Virus record (IMG/VR): IMGVR_UViG_3300025671_000040
Direction: 5' to 3' (one strand)
Length of the DNA stretch: 59,926 nucleotides
Source of the DNA: an uncultured virus (IMG/VR IMGVR_UViG_3300025671_000040)
Lineage: Duplodnaviria; Heunggongvirae; Uroviricota; Caudoviricetes
Part shown: piece by piece, positions 44,731-54,576 of the stretch
Position numbering within the stretch: position 1 is the stretch's first letter
How the letters are laid out: every line of letters starts with the position of its first letter
Translations under genes and position numbers: made by a program
Notes under the pieces: generated by a model
Told to the model about the DNA's origin: nothing
Database searches by the model: none
What the model saw: the letters and a program-made list of their open reading frames with translations, nothing else

Positions 44731-45453
44731 TCAAGGCGTCTCTATGACAAACCCTCGACGCACATCCGACAAATGACCATGCGCAGAGTACTTTTCTAAG
44801 TCTTCATGCAGGTTCGGCATAAACACGCCACCTTCAGGAATATCCATGTCCTGCCAAATAGGCGTAATTCGTGTACCGACCGGAAGAGTTTCAAACGGGT
44901 CGTTGCCATGGCGTAAATGAATCTCAGTAATAAAGCCTTCCCGAGTTTCAATATTGATACCGTTGACAGGCAAATCAACAAGATTTATGAAATGTGAGCA
45001 TTGGTTAATATCAGGAACATCTGTTTCGGGAAGTCTTTCCCAATGACTAAACCTAGTTAAGTTATCATCGCTCGAATGGAATCCTTCCCATACCGACACT
45101 GTATGCCAATCACCCTGGGAGTCCTTTTGAAAGTCAATAGATAGGTGTGGACCCTCTAGCCACTCACACCAAAAGCTACCGGGAGGTACTACGGCATTGT
45201 TCAAAAAGTCTTCCTCCATCTGCGACTCATAAACAAACTTTGATGCTTCAATACCCATACCAAATAAATTGTAAACAGGGCGATGAATGTAAAAACCTTC
45301 ATACCGTGGAGCACATCCAGCCGGTCCAGCTTCCAGCCCTTGACGTAAAGCGACTTCCAACTTATTGAACACCCAACGAACTTCCGGGTTATCCCTAAAT
45401 CGCTCCCAAGTTGCAAAGTCCTCATCTTCCTCAACAGGTAAAAAATCAGTCAT
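44731..45453 (-). CDS. Phage protein with probable ATP-grasp-like fold
   Basis: YIHRPVYNLFGMG, FWCEWLEGPHLSIDF, INIE...ITEIHLR. Confidence 0.55.
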   Translation of the reverse strand: MTDFLPVEEDEDFATWERFRDNPEVRWVFNKLEVALRQGLEAGPAGCAPRYEGFYIHRPVYNLFGMGIEASKFVYESQMEEDFLNNAVVPPGSFWCEWLEGPHLSIDFQKDSQGDWHTVSVWEGFHSSDDNLTRFSHWERLPETDVPDINQCSHFINLVDLPVNGINIETREGFITEIHLRHGNDPFETLPVGTRITPIWQDMDIPEGGVFMPNLHEDLEKYSAHGHLSDVRRGFVIETP

Positions 45454-45809
45454 CTCAAAATATTCCTCAACTGTTGAGCATCAATAAATATAGTCGCAGT
45501 ACTGCCCCTCAGCTCAATCTGGTCCAAAGACACATCAAAATGCGAAGCAATCGTGGCCTTTGCCTTCAACTCTGCCATAGGATCTTCAGGATCAAGTAAA
45601 TCATAGACAAGCTCTGCGGGAGCCGTTACAACAGCAAGTGATTCAGAGGAAATACACTTCTTGCAGCAAACTTTGTCTTCACCCACCTTCGGCTTCCGTT
45701 TACTATCTAGCTCATGAGAACACGACAGCACTAAGCGCCAATGAGTATCACCATACTCACCGACACGGATCGCATCTTTGACAAGTCGCTTTGGGCCGCG
45801 TTTCTCCAT
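45450..45809 (-). CDS. Hypothetical Zn-binding protein
   Basis: LSCSH..CCKKC; TAGAAT-6-ATG. Confidence 0.65.
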   Translation of the reverse strand: MEKRGPKRLVKDAIRVGEYGDTHWRLVLSCSHELDSKRKPKVGEDKVCCKKCISSESLAVVTAPAELVYDLLDPEDPMAELKAKATIASHFDVSLDQIELRGSTATIFIDAQQLRNILR

Positions 45810-45830
45810 ACATTTATTCTACAAGCACAC

Positions 45831-45859
45831 TTGACGTGCATCCACTAGACACATACAAT
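45831..45859 (+). promoter_or_regulatory. Leaderless sigma-A promoter of recA
   Basis: TTGACG-17-TACAAT-6-ATG(45866). Confidence 0.8.
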
Positions 45860-45865
45860 AGAAAC

Positions 45866-46855
45866 ATGGTAGATAGAGAAAAACTTTTAGAAGATGCCTT
45901 AGGGCAAATTGAAAAACAGTTCGGTGCTGGCACAGTAATGCGCCTAGGCGACGCAGCATCTATGGAAATCGAAACCGTCTCAACTGGCTCCATTGCCCTA
46001 GACCTTGCACTAGGCGCAGGCGGGCTGCCCAAGGGACGAGTCACTGAAATTTACGGTCCAGAGTCATCAGGCAAGACCACTATTGCTCTGCATGTTATCG
46101 CAGAAGCGCAGAAGCTTGGAGGCAAGTGCGCTTTCATTGACGCAGAACACGCACTAGACCCGATCTATGCTAAAGCTATTGGATGCGACGTAGACAACCT
46201 CTTGGTTAGCCAGCCAGATACCGGCGAGCAAGCCCTTACAATTACAAACAAGCTTATTGAGTCAGGTGCTCTAGATGTGGTCGTCGTTGACTCAGTTGCG
46301 GCCCTTACTCCCCGAGCCGAGATCGAAGGAGAGATGGGCGACAGCCACGTTGGTCTTCACGCCCGCCTTATGTCTCAGGCCATGCGTAAGATTGTCGCAA
46401 ACCTAAACCATTCAAACACCATCCTGATTATGATCAATCAGCTGCGTGAAAAAATTGGTGTCATGTTCGGGTCCCCAGAAGTTACGACAGGCGGCAAGGC
46501 GCTGAAGTTTTATGCGTCAGTCCGTTTGGATATTCGACGCATTGAAACTCTCAAAGACGGTGGCGAAGCATCCGGAAATAAGACCCGAGTAAAAGTTGTC
46601 AAAAACAAGGTTGCTCCCCCGTTCCGTCAGGCCGAATTTGAAATCACCTACGGCGAAGGAATCAACCGTACCGGCGACATCGTTGACATCGCCACAGAGA
46701 TGGGAATCATCGACAAGAAGGGCGCATGGTACGCATACAAGGGCGAAAACATCGGCCAGGGTCGAGCCAACACCAAGACGTACCTTGATGAAAACCCCGA
46801 TGTTAGAGAAACGATTGCAGACACAATCTACTCTGCTCTTCCAAATATTTCCTAG
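45866..46855 (+). CDS. recA: Recombinase RecA (bacterial type)
   Basis: [64 protein letters not shown]. Confidence 0.97.
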   Translation: MVDREKLLEDALGQIEKQFGAGTVMRLGDAASMEIETVSTGSIALDLALGAGGLPKGRVTEIYGPESSGKTTIALHVIAEAQKLGGKCAFIDAEHALDPIYAKAIGCDVDNLLVSQPDTGEQALTITNKLIESGALDVVVVDSVAALTPRAEIEGEMGDSHVGLHARLMSQAMRKIVANLNHSNTILIMINQLREKIGVMFGSPEVTTGGKALKFYASVRLDIRRIETLKDGGEASGNKTRVKVVKNKVAPPFRQAEFEITYGEGINRTGDIVDIATEMGIIDKKGAWYAYKGENIGQGRANTKTYLDENPDVRETIADTIYSALPNIS

Positions 46856-46915
46856 ACAGATTGGTGTTTACCTTCTTTCGCTATACACTACGTATTACGA
46901 AAAGGAGATAGCAAC

Positions 46916-47236
46916 ATGCCTAAAGTTAAGAAAGCAAAGGTTCCGGTCCAGCCGCCAGAGGGATGGGTGATTGAAAATCATTTCACCATCTCTCCTCAGG
47001 TCACGTTGTACTCTGGCGACAAGTGCAGGGTGAGGGGCGAGCGCGGAGTCTTCACGTTCAAACGCCACGTCGTCAACACCAAGTTTAACCCGATCTCAGA
47101 ATGGGTTGATGTGTACGGCGGCTCCTACGGGCGTGAACAATATCGTTCGCTGCCCGTGGAGCGGATCAAGCACATTCCTAAGCGACGCACAAAGAAGAAG
47201 TCCCCGACCAAAAAGCCGGGGACCTCCACTCGTTAA
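46916..47236 (+). CDS. Hypothetical basic SH3-like protein
   Basis: GERGVFTF..EWVDVYGG..RSLPVERIK; SD AAGGAG. Confidence 0.7.
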   Translation: MPKVKKAKVPVQPPEGWVIENHFTISPQVTLYSGDKCRVRGERGVFTFKRHVVNTKFNPISEWVDVYGGSYGREQYRSLPVERIKHIPKRRTKKKSPTKKPGTSTR

Positions 47237-47327
47237 GGATAAGTACAAAAGGAGCTAAAAACTTACCGCTCAACTTTATCTATATTAACACCTGCTAGAT
47301 AGCTCCGTCAAGCGGTGCTGTCTACTT

Positions 47328-47525
47328 TCAGACGAGTGAAGCAGAGGACTTGTCGCCAACCTTGGTGGCGACAAATGACTTCAGTACTGAAAGTGCGGCA
47401 GCCACACCGGCAGTCGCAGCACCTTTGGCTGAGGCCATGTCGGTAACAACAAACATTGAGACAAAAGTCTGAATGAATGTCATAGCGGCACGTTCTGCAA
47501 CCTGCTTGTACATGTTCATATCCAT
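47328..47525 (-). CDS. Holin-like protein (r1t type)
   Basis: AERAAMTFIQTF..AALSVLKS..GDKSSASLV. Confidence 0.7.
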   Translation of the reverse strand: MDMNMYKQVAERAAMTFIQTFVSMFVVTDMASAKGAATAGVAAALSVLKSFVATKVGDKSSASLV

Positions 47526-47630
47526 TTACATTTCTCCTTATTAGGGAATAGTTTTAGAAGGAATTCCTTCTACATATATTGTACTGCATAATCTTTTGGC
47601 GCTCAGATGCAGATTTATGTAAACGTTACC

Positions 47631-47885
47631 TTAGTGTTTCTTAGGCTGTGTCATGCTAAATGCTGCATCAATCTCATCAGCAGTAACCTTTCCGTCATCA
47701 GCATACGCTGCTGCGAGCTTCTGAATAACAGTCGCAGCCGACGTAGCGCCCGCCAACACGGCAGCCTTCCACGGATCAATACCACCAATAAGACTAGAGC
47801 TACCAACAATAGCCATAGCATTCATACAGAACACTGCAGCAATACGGCCTACCGTGTTCCACACAAGTTGATTAGTTGCTTTCAT
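47631..47885 (-). CDS. Holin-like membrane protein
   Basis: Two hydrophobic helices; DDGKVTADEIDAAF tail. Confidence 0.6.
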   Translation of the reverse strand: MKATNQLVWNTVGRIAAVFCMNAMAIVGSSSLIGGIDPWKAAVLAGATSAATVIQKLAAAYADDGKVTADEIDAAFSMTQPKKH

Positions 47886-48093
47886 TTTCTCTCTCATCAT
47901 CCACATAGTCTAATACAGTACCCATCAAATGTAGTGCAAGACCGGCAAGAGAAATATATATTCCCTGCGTTAACGTGGTTGATGACAAAGTGATTAGCAC
48001 CAACCCGGTGCCTGCTAAAGTCCACCCAAGATAGAGCATTTCTCTACCCATACGACGGACGGCCCCTACTGTTACTTTGATTATGTTTTTCAT
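47872..48093 (-). CDS. Small membrane protein
   Basis: WTLAGTGLVLITLS..; SD AAGGAGG. Confidence 0.7.
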   Translation of the reverse strand: MKNIIKVTVGAVRRMGREMLYLGWTLAGTGLVLITLSSTTLTQGIYISLAGLALHLMGTVLDYVDDERENESN

Positions 48094-48104
48094 GGTGCCT
48101 CCTT

Positions 48105-50369
48105 TCACCGAGACCTTCTTCTAGAATTACCCTTTTTACCTTTACCGCCACCAGAGTCACCGCCTGGGCCTCCTCCACCTCCCCCACCGGAAGAGCCACC
48201 ACCTCCACCAGCAGGACCAGCAGATGTCGCAGCAGCGGCTACAGATACCGCTGCGGCAGCCGCAACAACGGTACGCCGAGTTTCCGTATCGACTACAGAC
48301 CCCTCAGCGACATATTCGTTAAAAGCTTCATCGTCAAAGATATCTACAGTCTCTTCAAACTCTGCCTTTACTTCGTCGTCGGCTTCGTTAACGGCAGCGA
48401 CGAGAACAACTTTGGCATCGTCAGAGATGTTGTCAAAGTTTTCGTCAGTGACAAGGCTTTCGATTTCTTCCGTGGTGATTTCACCGTCAACGACATTCAA
48501 GAAATCTTCCGCAAGTTTCTCATCAAGCTCGTCTAGTTGTTCCACAACTTTGACTTCTGCTTCATCAACCTCAAGCAATTCAACGCCTTGAGTATCAATA
48601 CCGAGTTCCTCAAACTCCACTTTAGTTTCAGCGGCTTTTTCTTCTTCAGGTGTCGGTGGAATGGTCGTTATTACCGGCAGCGTCGTCGTTGTCGGCGTTG
48701 GCGGCAGCGTTGTTGTCGTGCTTGTGGTAGTTGTGGTACTTGTCGTTGAAGAAGTACTCGTAGTTGGGGTTACCGTAGTCGTCGTAGGCGGTAGGGTTGT
48801 AGTCGTTGATGTTGTCGTCGTAGTGGTAGATGGCGGTGCCTCCGTCGTTGTAGTTGTAGGCGCTACCGTCGTCGTAGTTGTAGGCGGCAACGTCGTTGTT
48901 GTCGTTACAGGTATTGTAGTAGTAGTTGTTGTCGTCGGAGGCAACGTTGTTGTGGTAGTAGTGGTGGTTGTGGCCGTGGTAGTTGTTGTAGGCGGAACGG
49001 GTTCTGAAACAGTAAGTGTTACTTGAGTAGACCATCCTGAATAAAGTGCAAGCGTGTCATTGTCAGATCGAACGTCAAACACATAATCTTCACCAAGACC
49101 GCCCGTCTGCTCAAAGAGGCTAAAAGGAAGTGTGTATTCCGTATTAAGGGCATTCTCATCCCCCACGTTCCCTGTTGCGACACCCCATCCAGCGTCAGGT
49201 GGGATTCTAAACGAAATAGCGTAACGCTCAGGGTCAACATTACCGGTGTCGGGTGCGTCCCAATCTAGAAACACTCCATCTGCAGTAATTTCACCGGTTA
49301 GATTCATAGGTGGGCCGATTGATTGCGGAACTGTTGTGGTAGTTGTAGTTGTAGTTGTGGTCGTTGTTGTGGTTACTGGTGTAGCCCACGTCCAAGTGTT
49401 TTGAACAAAACCACAAAGTGTAGAAGAATCCAAACCTTGGCATGTGTCCCACGAAGCATTAGACGACCAGCCATTCGGGGCAGAGTTACTGTTAATAGAG
49501 TTGAACTGAGGATTAGTGAGCAGGTTGGTGAGGTCTGTCCATTCGGTGCTCCCATCAAGTTTTGCTTTGAAAGCGACTTCTTTGATTTCGGTTCCGTAGT
49601 TCCCTCCCCAACCTTCGCCATCTTTTGCCCAGATACGAATCTTTACTGTGTCCCACGATGTTGAATCTTGCACATTCGTAGAGGTAGACGCTGAGAACCA
49701 AAAGGAAGGAACCTCAACCCAAGATGTTGGAGCAGACGAAGTTATGTTGCCCTGAAGCACGTTCCCAGCAGAATCGTATGCGGCATATTGTGTCGCAACG
49801 TAGTCATTCACATCGTAGGACCGTTTAACAAGAGGGGTAACAATAATTGAATCAATCTCTCCTGCGTATGAAGAAACGTTAATAGTCTGCTCAATATATG
49901 CGGGCGTATAAGTGAAGCGGACACCGTTGTAGGTGCTGAAGTTTGTTGCAAGCGTCAGGTCAGTGATAAGTCCGTAGTCGTATCCGTCGTATCCCAAAGT
50001 CACCTGACTACAGCAATATCCCGCTCGAAGTCGATAAACGCCTGCATCCAGCGTGGTGTCGATCTTTGACGAAACACACTGATCTGTGCTGTTGTGATTG
50101 CCGTCGTCATTGTTGGCTAGAAGGGTTCCCGACAGGTCGTACACCCATAAATATGGATCAGCACCGGATTCCGTACAGGACCGGTTGGAGTTACCGTAGA
50201 TAACGACATCGGTATTGTCCTGCGAAACTTCGAAATACCAGTCAGATTCTTCGGTGACTGTGTATGTCGCTGCTGCTGCTGGCACCGGAGCCATCCATGC
50301 TGTGATTAAAAGTAGCGCAAAAGAAGCTTTAGCCATACGTTTAAATGACTTTGAAAATTTTTTCAACAC
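48105..50369 (-). CDS. Exported/surface protein: signal peptide, PPC-like and Fn3-like domains, long poly-Thr linkers, acidic region, Ala/Gly-rich basic tail
   Basis: N-terminal signal-like segment ending APVPAAA; DPYLWVYD..LANNDDG..LDAGVYRL; PPMNLTG..LDWDAP..YVFDVRS; T-rich tracts. Confidence 0.8.
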   Translation of the reverse strand: MLKKFSKSFKRMAKASFALLLITAWMAPVPAAAATYTVTEESDWYFEVSQDNTDVVIYGNSNRSCTESGADPYLWVYDLSGTLLANNDDGNHNSTDQCVSSKIDTTLDAGVYRLRAGYCCSQVTLGYDGYDYGLITDLTLATNFSTYNGVRFTYTPAYIEQTINVSSYAGEIDSIIVTPLVKRSYDVNDYVATQYAAYDSAGNVLQGNITSSAPTSWVEVPSFWFSASTSTNVQDSTSWDTVKIRIWAKDGEGWGGNYGTEIKEVAFKAKLDGSTEWTDLTNLLTNPQFNSINSNSAPNGWSSNASWDTCQGLDSSTLCGFVQNTWTWATPVTTTTTTTTTTTTTTVPQSIGPPMNLTGEITADGVFLDWDAPDTGNVDPERYAISFRIPPDAGWGVATGNVGDENALNTEYTLPFSLFEQTGGLGEDYVFDVRSDNDTLALYSGWSTQVTLTVSEPVPPTTTTTATTTTTTTTTLPPTTTTTTTIPVTTTTTLPPTTTTTVAPTTTTTEAPPSTTTTTTSTTTTLPPTTTTVTPTTSTSSTTSTTTTTSTTTTLPPTPTTTTLPVITTIPPTPEEEKAAETKVEFEELGIDTQGVELLEVDEAEVKVVEQLDELDEKLAEDFLNVVDGEITTEEIESLVTDENFDNISDDAKVVLVAAVNEADDEVKAEFEETVDIFDDEAFNEYVAEGSVVDTETRRTVVAAAAAVSVAAAATSAGPAGGGGGSSGGGGGGGPGGDSGGGKGKKGNSRRRSR

Positions 50370-50428
50370 AGCCGACCGCCCAAATACAAAAAGTAAAACA
50401 CACTACACTTATTGTATCTGGCCTCCGT

Positions 50429-50456
50429 TTGACCTTTCTGAGAGATTCGCTATAAT
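50429..50456 (+). promoter_or_regulatory. Leaderless sigma-A promoter
   Basis: TTGACC-16-TATAAT-7-ATG(50464). Confidence 0.65.
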
Positions 50457-50463
50457 AACGTTT

Positions 50464-50682
50464 ATGCCTACATACAATTACTCTTGCCCTCAATGCGGGC
50501 ACTTCGAAAAGTTTCAAAACATGTCCGAAGACTCCTTGACGGAGTGTCCAACATGCGGCGATTCAGTAAAAAAGGTCTACAGCGCCCCGGGCATCTCGGG
50601 ATTCACCCCCACCCCCGCAACAGTAAGCCCCAACTACAACCCCAACCGTTCAGCGGTGTGGAACTCTGCTCAGCAAGAATAA
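50464..50682 (+). CDS. FmdB-family zinc-ribbon protein
   Basis: MPTYNYSCPQCGHFE..CPTCG..KKVYSAPGI. Confidence 0.85.
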   Translation: MPTYNYSCPQCGHFEKFQNMSEDSLTECPTCGDSVKKVYSAPGISGFTPTPATVSPNYNPNRSAVWNSAQQE

Positions 50683-50717
50683 GGTAAAATAACCTTAACT
50701 TACAAAAGAGAGGCAAC

Positions 50718-51329
50718 ATGGGTGAGCTAGTATTTATGACAGGGACCATGGCGTCGGGCAAAACAACCCACCTACTGCAAGCCCATTTCAACATTGATAA
50801 CGCCTTCCCCTATCAAACCATACTATTGAGCAAAAACGACAGAGAAGGCGACTCTGTATGCACCAGCAGGCTCGGTCAAAGAGCATGGGCCATCAACATT
50901 AGAGACGATCAGTACATTTCTGACCTCATTGACAGTCAGGAACAAAGCACCAGCGAAACAATCAAATACATCTTTGTCGATGAAGCACAATTCCTGACAA
51001 TAGAACAGGTGGAAGAACTTGCTTTCTTAGCAGATATCCGCGGAGTCAACGTGTACGCATATGGCCTACTCACTACGTACAAAGGTGAGATGTTCCCTGC
51101 CTCTAAGCGTCTAATCGAACTCGCTGACAATGTTCACCATCTAAAAAACGGAATGAGATGTTGGTGTGGCAAACCCGCCACCCACAACGGACTGTTTATC
51201 GGTGGAGAAGAAGCAAATACCGGAAGTGACACAATCGTAGACAACACCGAACTCGTTGACTACCACGTTATGTGCAGACGCCACTTTCTAGAACACATCT
51301 CGTTTCAATCAAAACGTTACAGAAAATAA
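50718..51329 (+). CDS. tdk: Thymidine kinase
   Basis: GTMASGKTT, VDEAQFLT, YGLLT..FPASKRLIELAD, CWCG..CRRH. Confidence 0.92.
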   Translation: MGELVFMTGTMASGKTTHLLQAHFNIDNAFPYQTILLSKNDREGDSVCTSRLGQRAWAINIRDDQYISDLIDSQEQSTSETIKYIFVDEAQFLTIEQVEELAFLADIRGVNVYAYGLLTTYKGEMFPASKRLIELADNVHHLKNGMRCWCGKPATHNGLFIGGEEANTGSDTIVDNTELVDYHVMCRRHFLEHISFQSKRYRK

Positions 51330-51506
51330 AACCTGATTCGCATCTGACGAAACAACCTCAACACCGAGACCCTCAAAAATAATGTTCATGACGCCTTCCA
51401 TGTCGCCACGAACGTTTTCTTCCTCGGACGGCGACGGATCAGCTAGATCAACCAGCGTGTCTACAAAATATGCGTGCAATGCCTCTTGGGCTTTTTCAGG
51501 ACTCAT
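51309..51506 (-). CDS. Small acidic hypothetical protein
   Basis: MSPEKAQ start with TAGACT 7 nt upstream. Confidence 0.5.
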   Translation of the reverse strand: MSPEKAQEALHAYFVDTLVDLADPSPSEEENVRGDMEGVMNIIFEGLGVEVVSSDANQVLFSVTF

Positions 51507-51621
51507 AACAGATAGTCTACACCACAGAAAAACAAAATTCCACAAACTGGTCTTGACAAACCACGTCAACCACTATAATCTATCAATATCTGCTAAACAC
51601 TACCGATCTAAGGAGACGAAC

Positions 51622-52074
51622 ATGAGCAATGCAGACACAGTAATTACAGGTAACCTGACTTCTGACCCAGAAGTCAAGCATGCGAGTAACGGTGCAGCCC
51701 GATTGACTTTCTCAATCGCATCGAACCGCCGCTATCAAGTTAACGGAGAGTGGCAGGAAGAAACTTCTTTCTTCAACGTGGTCGCTTGGCGGAACACCGC
51801 CGAGCATGGCGCACGTGTTCTAGAGAAGGGACTACCTGTCGTCATCAAGGGTCGCCTTGAGCAGCGCTCTTGGGAAGACAAGGAGACTGGCCAGAAGCGG
51901 TCAACTGTTGAGGTTATTGCCGACACGATTGCGGTGAACTCGTACGGTATTGCTTCGCTTGAGCGTCAGCGTGGTGGGGCTTCTGGCGGTGGCGGTCAGC
52001 GAGTCCAGAATCAGCCGACGCCTGCAGCCGCAGGTGGAGGCTTCCCGTCCAACGACCCATTCGAAGACTTTTAG
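51622..52074 (+). CDS. ssb: Single-stranded DNA-binding protein
   Basis: ITGNLTSDPE, TSFFNVVAW, GRLEQRSWE, acidic C-terminus; SD AAGGAG; TTGACA promoter at 51553. Confidence 0.95.
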   Translation: MSNADTVITGNLTSDPEVKHASNGAARLTFSIASNRRYQVNGEWQEETSFFNVVAWRNTAEHGARVLEKGLPVVIKGRLEQRSWEDKETGQKRSTVEVIADTIAVNSYGIASLERQRGGASGGGGQRVQNQPTPAAAGGGFPSNDPFEDF

Positions 52075-52112
52075 AGCTTAATAGTAGAGTGATGGCTAAT
52101 CATTGAGCGGTG

Positions 52113-52139
52113 AAAGGCCCCCCGAAAGGGGGGCTTTTT
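52113..52139 (+). terminator. Intrinsic terminator after ssb
   Basis: GCCCCCC-GAAA-GGGGGGC-TTTTT. Confidence 0.85.
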
Positions 52140-52150
52140 GCTTTATCGTA

Positions 52151-52179
52151 TTGACATCCTCACCAAAGCGAGATAACCT
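52151..52179 (+). promoter_or_regulatory. Leaderless sigma-A promoter of the replication operon
   Basis: TTGACA-17-TAACCT-6-ATG(52186). Confidence 0.75.
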
Positions 52180-52185
52180 GTAACT

Positions 52186-52653
52186 ATGGAAAAGAGCGAG
52201 TGTAAAGAGATCGTAGAGCTACTGAGCGTCACATGGGACAAGCCCATTGACAACAACACCCTGCTTGTACGGTCACGAGGTTTCTGGGAGTACATCTCAG
52301 ATCTCCCATATGAAGAAACGAAGAGCAGAGTCAAAGAACTTGGGCTTGCTGGCCGAAAATGGATGCCACGCCCAGGCGAGCTTCGTATTCTTGTCCTAGC
52401 GAACATGCGTTCAGAAGAACTCCCTCCGGAGCCTGAACAAGCATGGACTATCCTTCAAGCAATCGGGCAAAAAATTTACAGCGGCACATACGATTACGAA
52501 AAGCCTCATCCGGTGCTGACAGAAACAATCAAAAAGTTAGGATCTAACGCCACGGCGTTGACAACCAACTCCGACCGTGCTATGTTTACGTCGCTCTACG
52601 AAAAGACACGTGAGGCTTACATTCTAGAAAGGTACGGCCATGGAGCCAATTGA
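52186..52653 (+). CDS. Replicative helicase loader/inhibitor-like protein (G39P-like)
   Basis: W...I.DLPYEE..WMPRPGELR..PEQAW; precedes primase-helicase. Confidence 0.6.
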   Translation: MEKSECKEIVELLSVTWDKPIDNNTLLVRSRGFWEYISDLPYEETKSRVKELGLAGRKWMPRPGELRILVLANMRSEELPPEPEQAWTILQAIGQKIYSGTYDYEKPHPVLTETIKKLGSNATALTTNSDRAMFTSLYEKTREAYILERYGHGAN

Positions 52654-54436
52654 TAACGTACTGTCACGTATCAACCACAAAAAGGCGGGCAAGAACCAGT
52701 GGGACGCTACATGCCCGTGTAGAAACGATGACGACAACCCATCTCTCCGAGTCTCTGTTGGCAAGCAGGGACAGGTACTTATGAAGTGCCTCAGGGGCGG
52801 AGGTTGTGAGCTAGACCAGATCTGTTCCGAGATCGGCGTAGAGATCGGTGATCTTTTTCCAAAAGACACTAAGCCGCCGAAAAAAGCAAAGCTAGAACTA
52901 CAGGACACTTACAAGTACTTTGATGAAGACGGCAGTCTCATCATGGAAGTGCTGCGTTTCGTGGACGAAAACGGAAAGAAGACGTTCCGTCAACGCCAGC
53001 CCGATAATCAGGGCGGATGGAATTGGAGCACGTCCAAGCTGAAGAAGCCGCTGTATCGACTTCCTCAAGTAATCGCAGCTAAAGCAGAAGGTATTCCGGT
53101 ATACGTCGTAGAGGGCGAGAAGGACGTACACGCTTTGGAATCTGTAGGTAAGGTTGCAACCACTAACCCTGGTGGCGCTGGAGCTGAAGGTCAGAACAAG
53201 TGGATGCCTCACCACACTGAAGCTCTAGCTGGCGGCAACGTAATCATCATTTGCGATAACGACCACGCCGGTTACATTCACGCCAGGTCTGTCAATAAGC
53301 AGCTAACCGATGCTGGATGCAACGTAAAGGTTTTTAAGCCAGGAAAGCACAAGGACGTAGCTGATCTGCTAGCTGCTGGAGAAACGCTAGCCGAATCACT
53401 AGTGCCGTTCGATAGTGAAAGCTACGAGGGAACCGAAGAAGCCAGCGCTGAGCCTAGCGCTCTCCAAAAGCTAATTACTGACCTTTCTTCGATCGAAGAA
53501 GACAAGCTGTCAGAATCGCTAGTGTTGGGCAAAATCAACTCAAGCCTAGATGCGTTCCTGTCAGACGGAGAATCCGAAAACCGTGACAAGGGCAGCCTTG
53601 TTGAATGGACGCCGTTCCTAGAAACAGACGTAGACCTATCTTACGATTGGGTTATTCCTAACGTCCTAGAACGCCAAGAGCGAGTCATCGTTGTAGCTGC
53701 CGAAGGCGCAGGTAAAACAACACTCGCACGACAGGTAGCGCTCATGTCTGCCGCAGGTATTCACCCGTTCCGGCGGGACGCAATGAAGCCCGCACGCACA
53801 CTCATGATCGACCTTGAAAACCCTGAACGCATTATCCGTAGAACGTCTATGCGTATCTACGACAAGATCAAGTGGTATGACAAGCACGAAAGCATGGACG
53901 CCCATCTGATGATGAAGCCGGATGGAGTAAACTTGCTGACCGCAAGCGACCGCTCTCTAGTCGAAGAATATGTGGCCACGATCGAACCCGACATTGTGTT
54001 CTTCGGTCCGCTCTACAAGGCATTCATTGACCCCGGTGGGCGTACAGCAGAATCAGTCTCAATCGAAATCGCAAAGTTCCTAGACTACATCCGGCACACC
54101 TACAACTGTGCACTATGGATTGAACATCACGCCCCACTAGGATCAGGCGGTCAACGAGACTTGCGTCCGTTCGGCTCAGCCGTCTGGTCCCGCTGGTCCG
54201 AGTTTGGTATTGCGCTAGCACCGGACCCTACCGATCCTGAACTGATCGAATTCAAGCATTACCGTGGTCAGCGCGAAGCACGAGAGTGGCCTGCACTCTG
54301 CAAGCGAGGCACCACATGGCCGTTTGAGGTTGTCGAATTCTCGCAGTACAACGATTCGCAACAGACCCGCAGCGATGAAGAACTCAACGAAGCGTTGGAA
54401 AACGACGACTTTGATGATGATGTCACGCCCTGGTGA
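52640..54436 (+). CDS. Primase-helicase (Zn-binding, TOPRIM and RecA-like AAA_25 helicase domains)
   Basis: CPC..PSL..C...C; VVEGEKDV; ICDNDHAG; AAEGAGKTT; IDLEN; EHH; FGSAVW. Confidence 0.9.
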   Translation: MEPIDNVLSRINHKKAGKNQWDATCPCRNDDDNPSLRVSVGKQGQVLMKCLRGGGCELDQICSEIGVEIGDLFPKDTKPPKKAKLELQDTYKYFDEDGSLIMEVLRFVDENGKKTFRQRQPDNQGGWNWSTSKLKKPLYRLPQVIAAKAEGIPVYVVEGEKDVHALESVGKVATTNPGGAGAEGQNKWMPHHTEALAGGNVIIICDNDHAGYIHARSVNKQLTDAGCNVKVFKPGKHKDVADLLAAGETLAESLVPFDSESYEGTEEASAEPSALQKLITDLSSIEEDKLSESLVLGKINSSLDAFLSDGESENRDKGSLVEWTPFLETDVDLSYDWVIPNVLERQERVIVVAAEGAGKTTLARQVALMSAAGIHPFRRDAMKPARTLMIDLENPERIIRRTSMRIYDKIKWYDKHESMDAHLMMKPDGVNLLTASDRSLVEEYVATIEPDIVFFGPLYKAFIDPGGRTAESVSIEIAKFLDYIRHTYNCALWIEHHAPLGSGGQRDLRPFGSAVWSRWSEFGIALAPDPTDPELIEFKHYRGQREAREWPALCKRGTTWPFEVVEFSQYNDSQQTRSDEELNEALENDDFDDDVTPW

Positions 54437-54437
54437 C

Positions 54438-54466
54438 TTGACACTTTCAAACACATCGCATATAGT
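54438..54466 (+). promoter_or_regulatory. Sigma-A promoter of rmlB-thyX
   Basis: TTGACA-17-TATAGT. Confidence 0.75.
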
Positions 54467-54576
54467 AAAAACACGCTTTTAAAAATACAAAAGTAAACAC
54501 ACAAACGGGTATTTTCAAAAGCAGGGGGTCAGTCCCAAACGGGGCTGATCCCCAACGAACTAACACAAAGGAAAAT

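Noticed and set aside
45791..45865. N-terminal extensions given by the ORF track for recA (also ssb, FmdB, DUF932 and 57124)
   Set aside because: Promoters or SD sites lie inside the extensions and homology starts at downstream ATGs.
48646..49035. Asn/Tyr/Asp-rich and Val-rich ORFs
   Set aside because: Alternate-frame readings of the poly-Thr tract.
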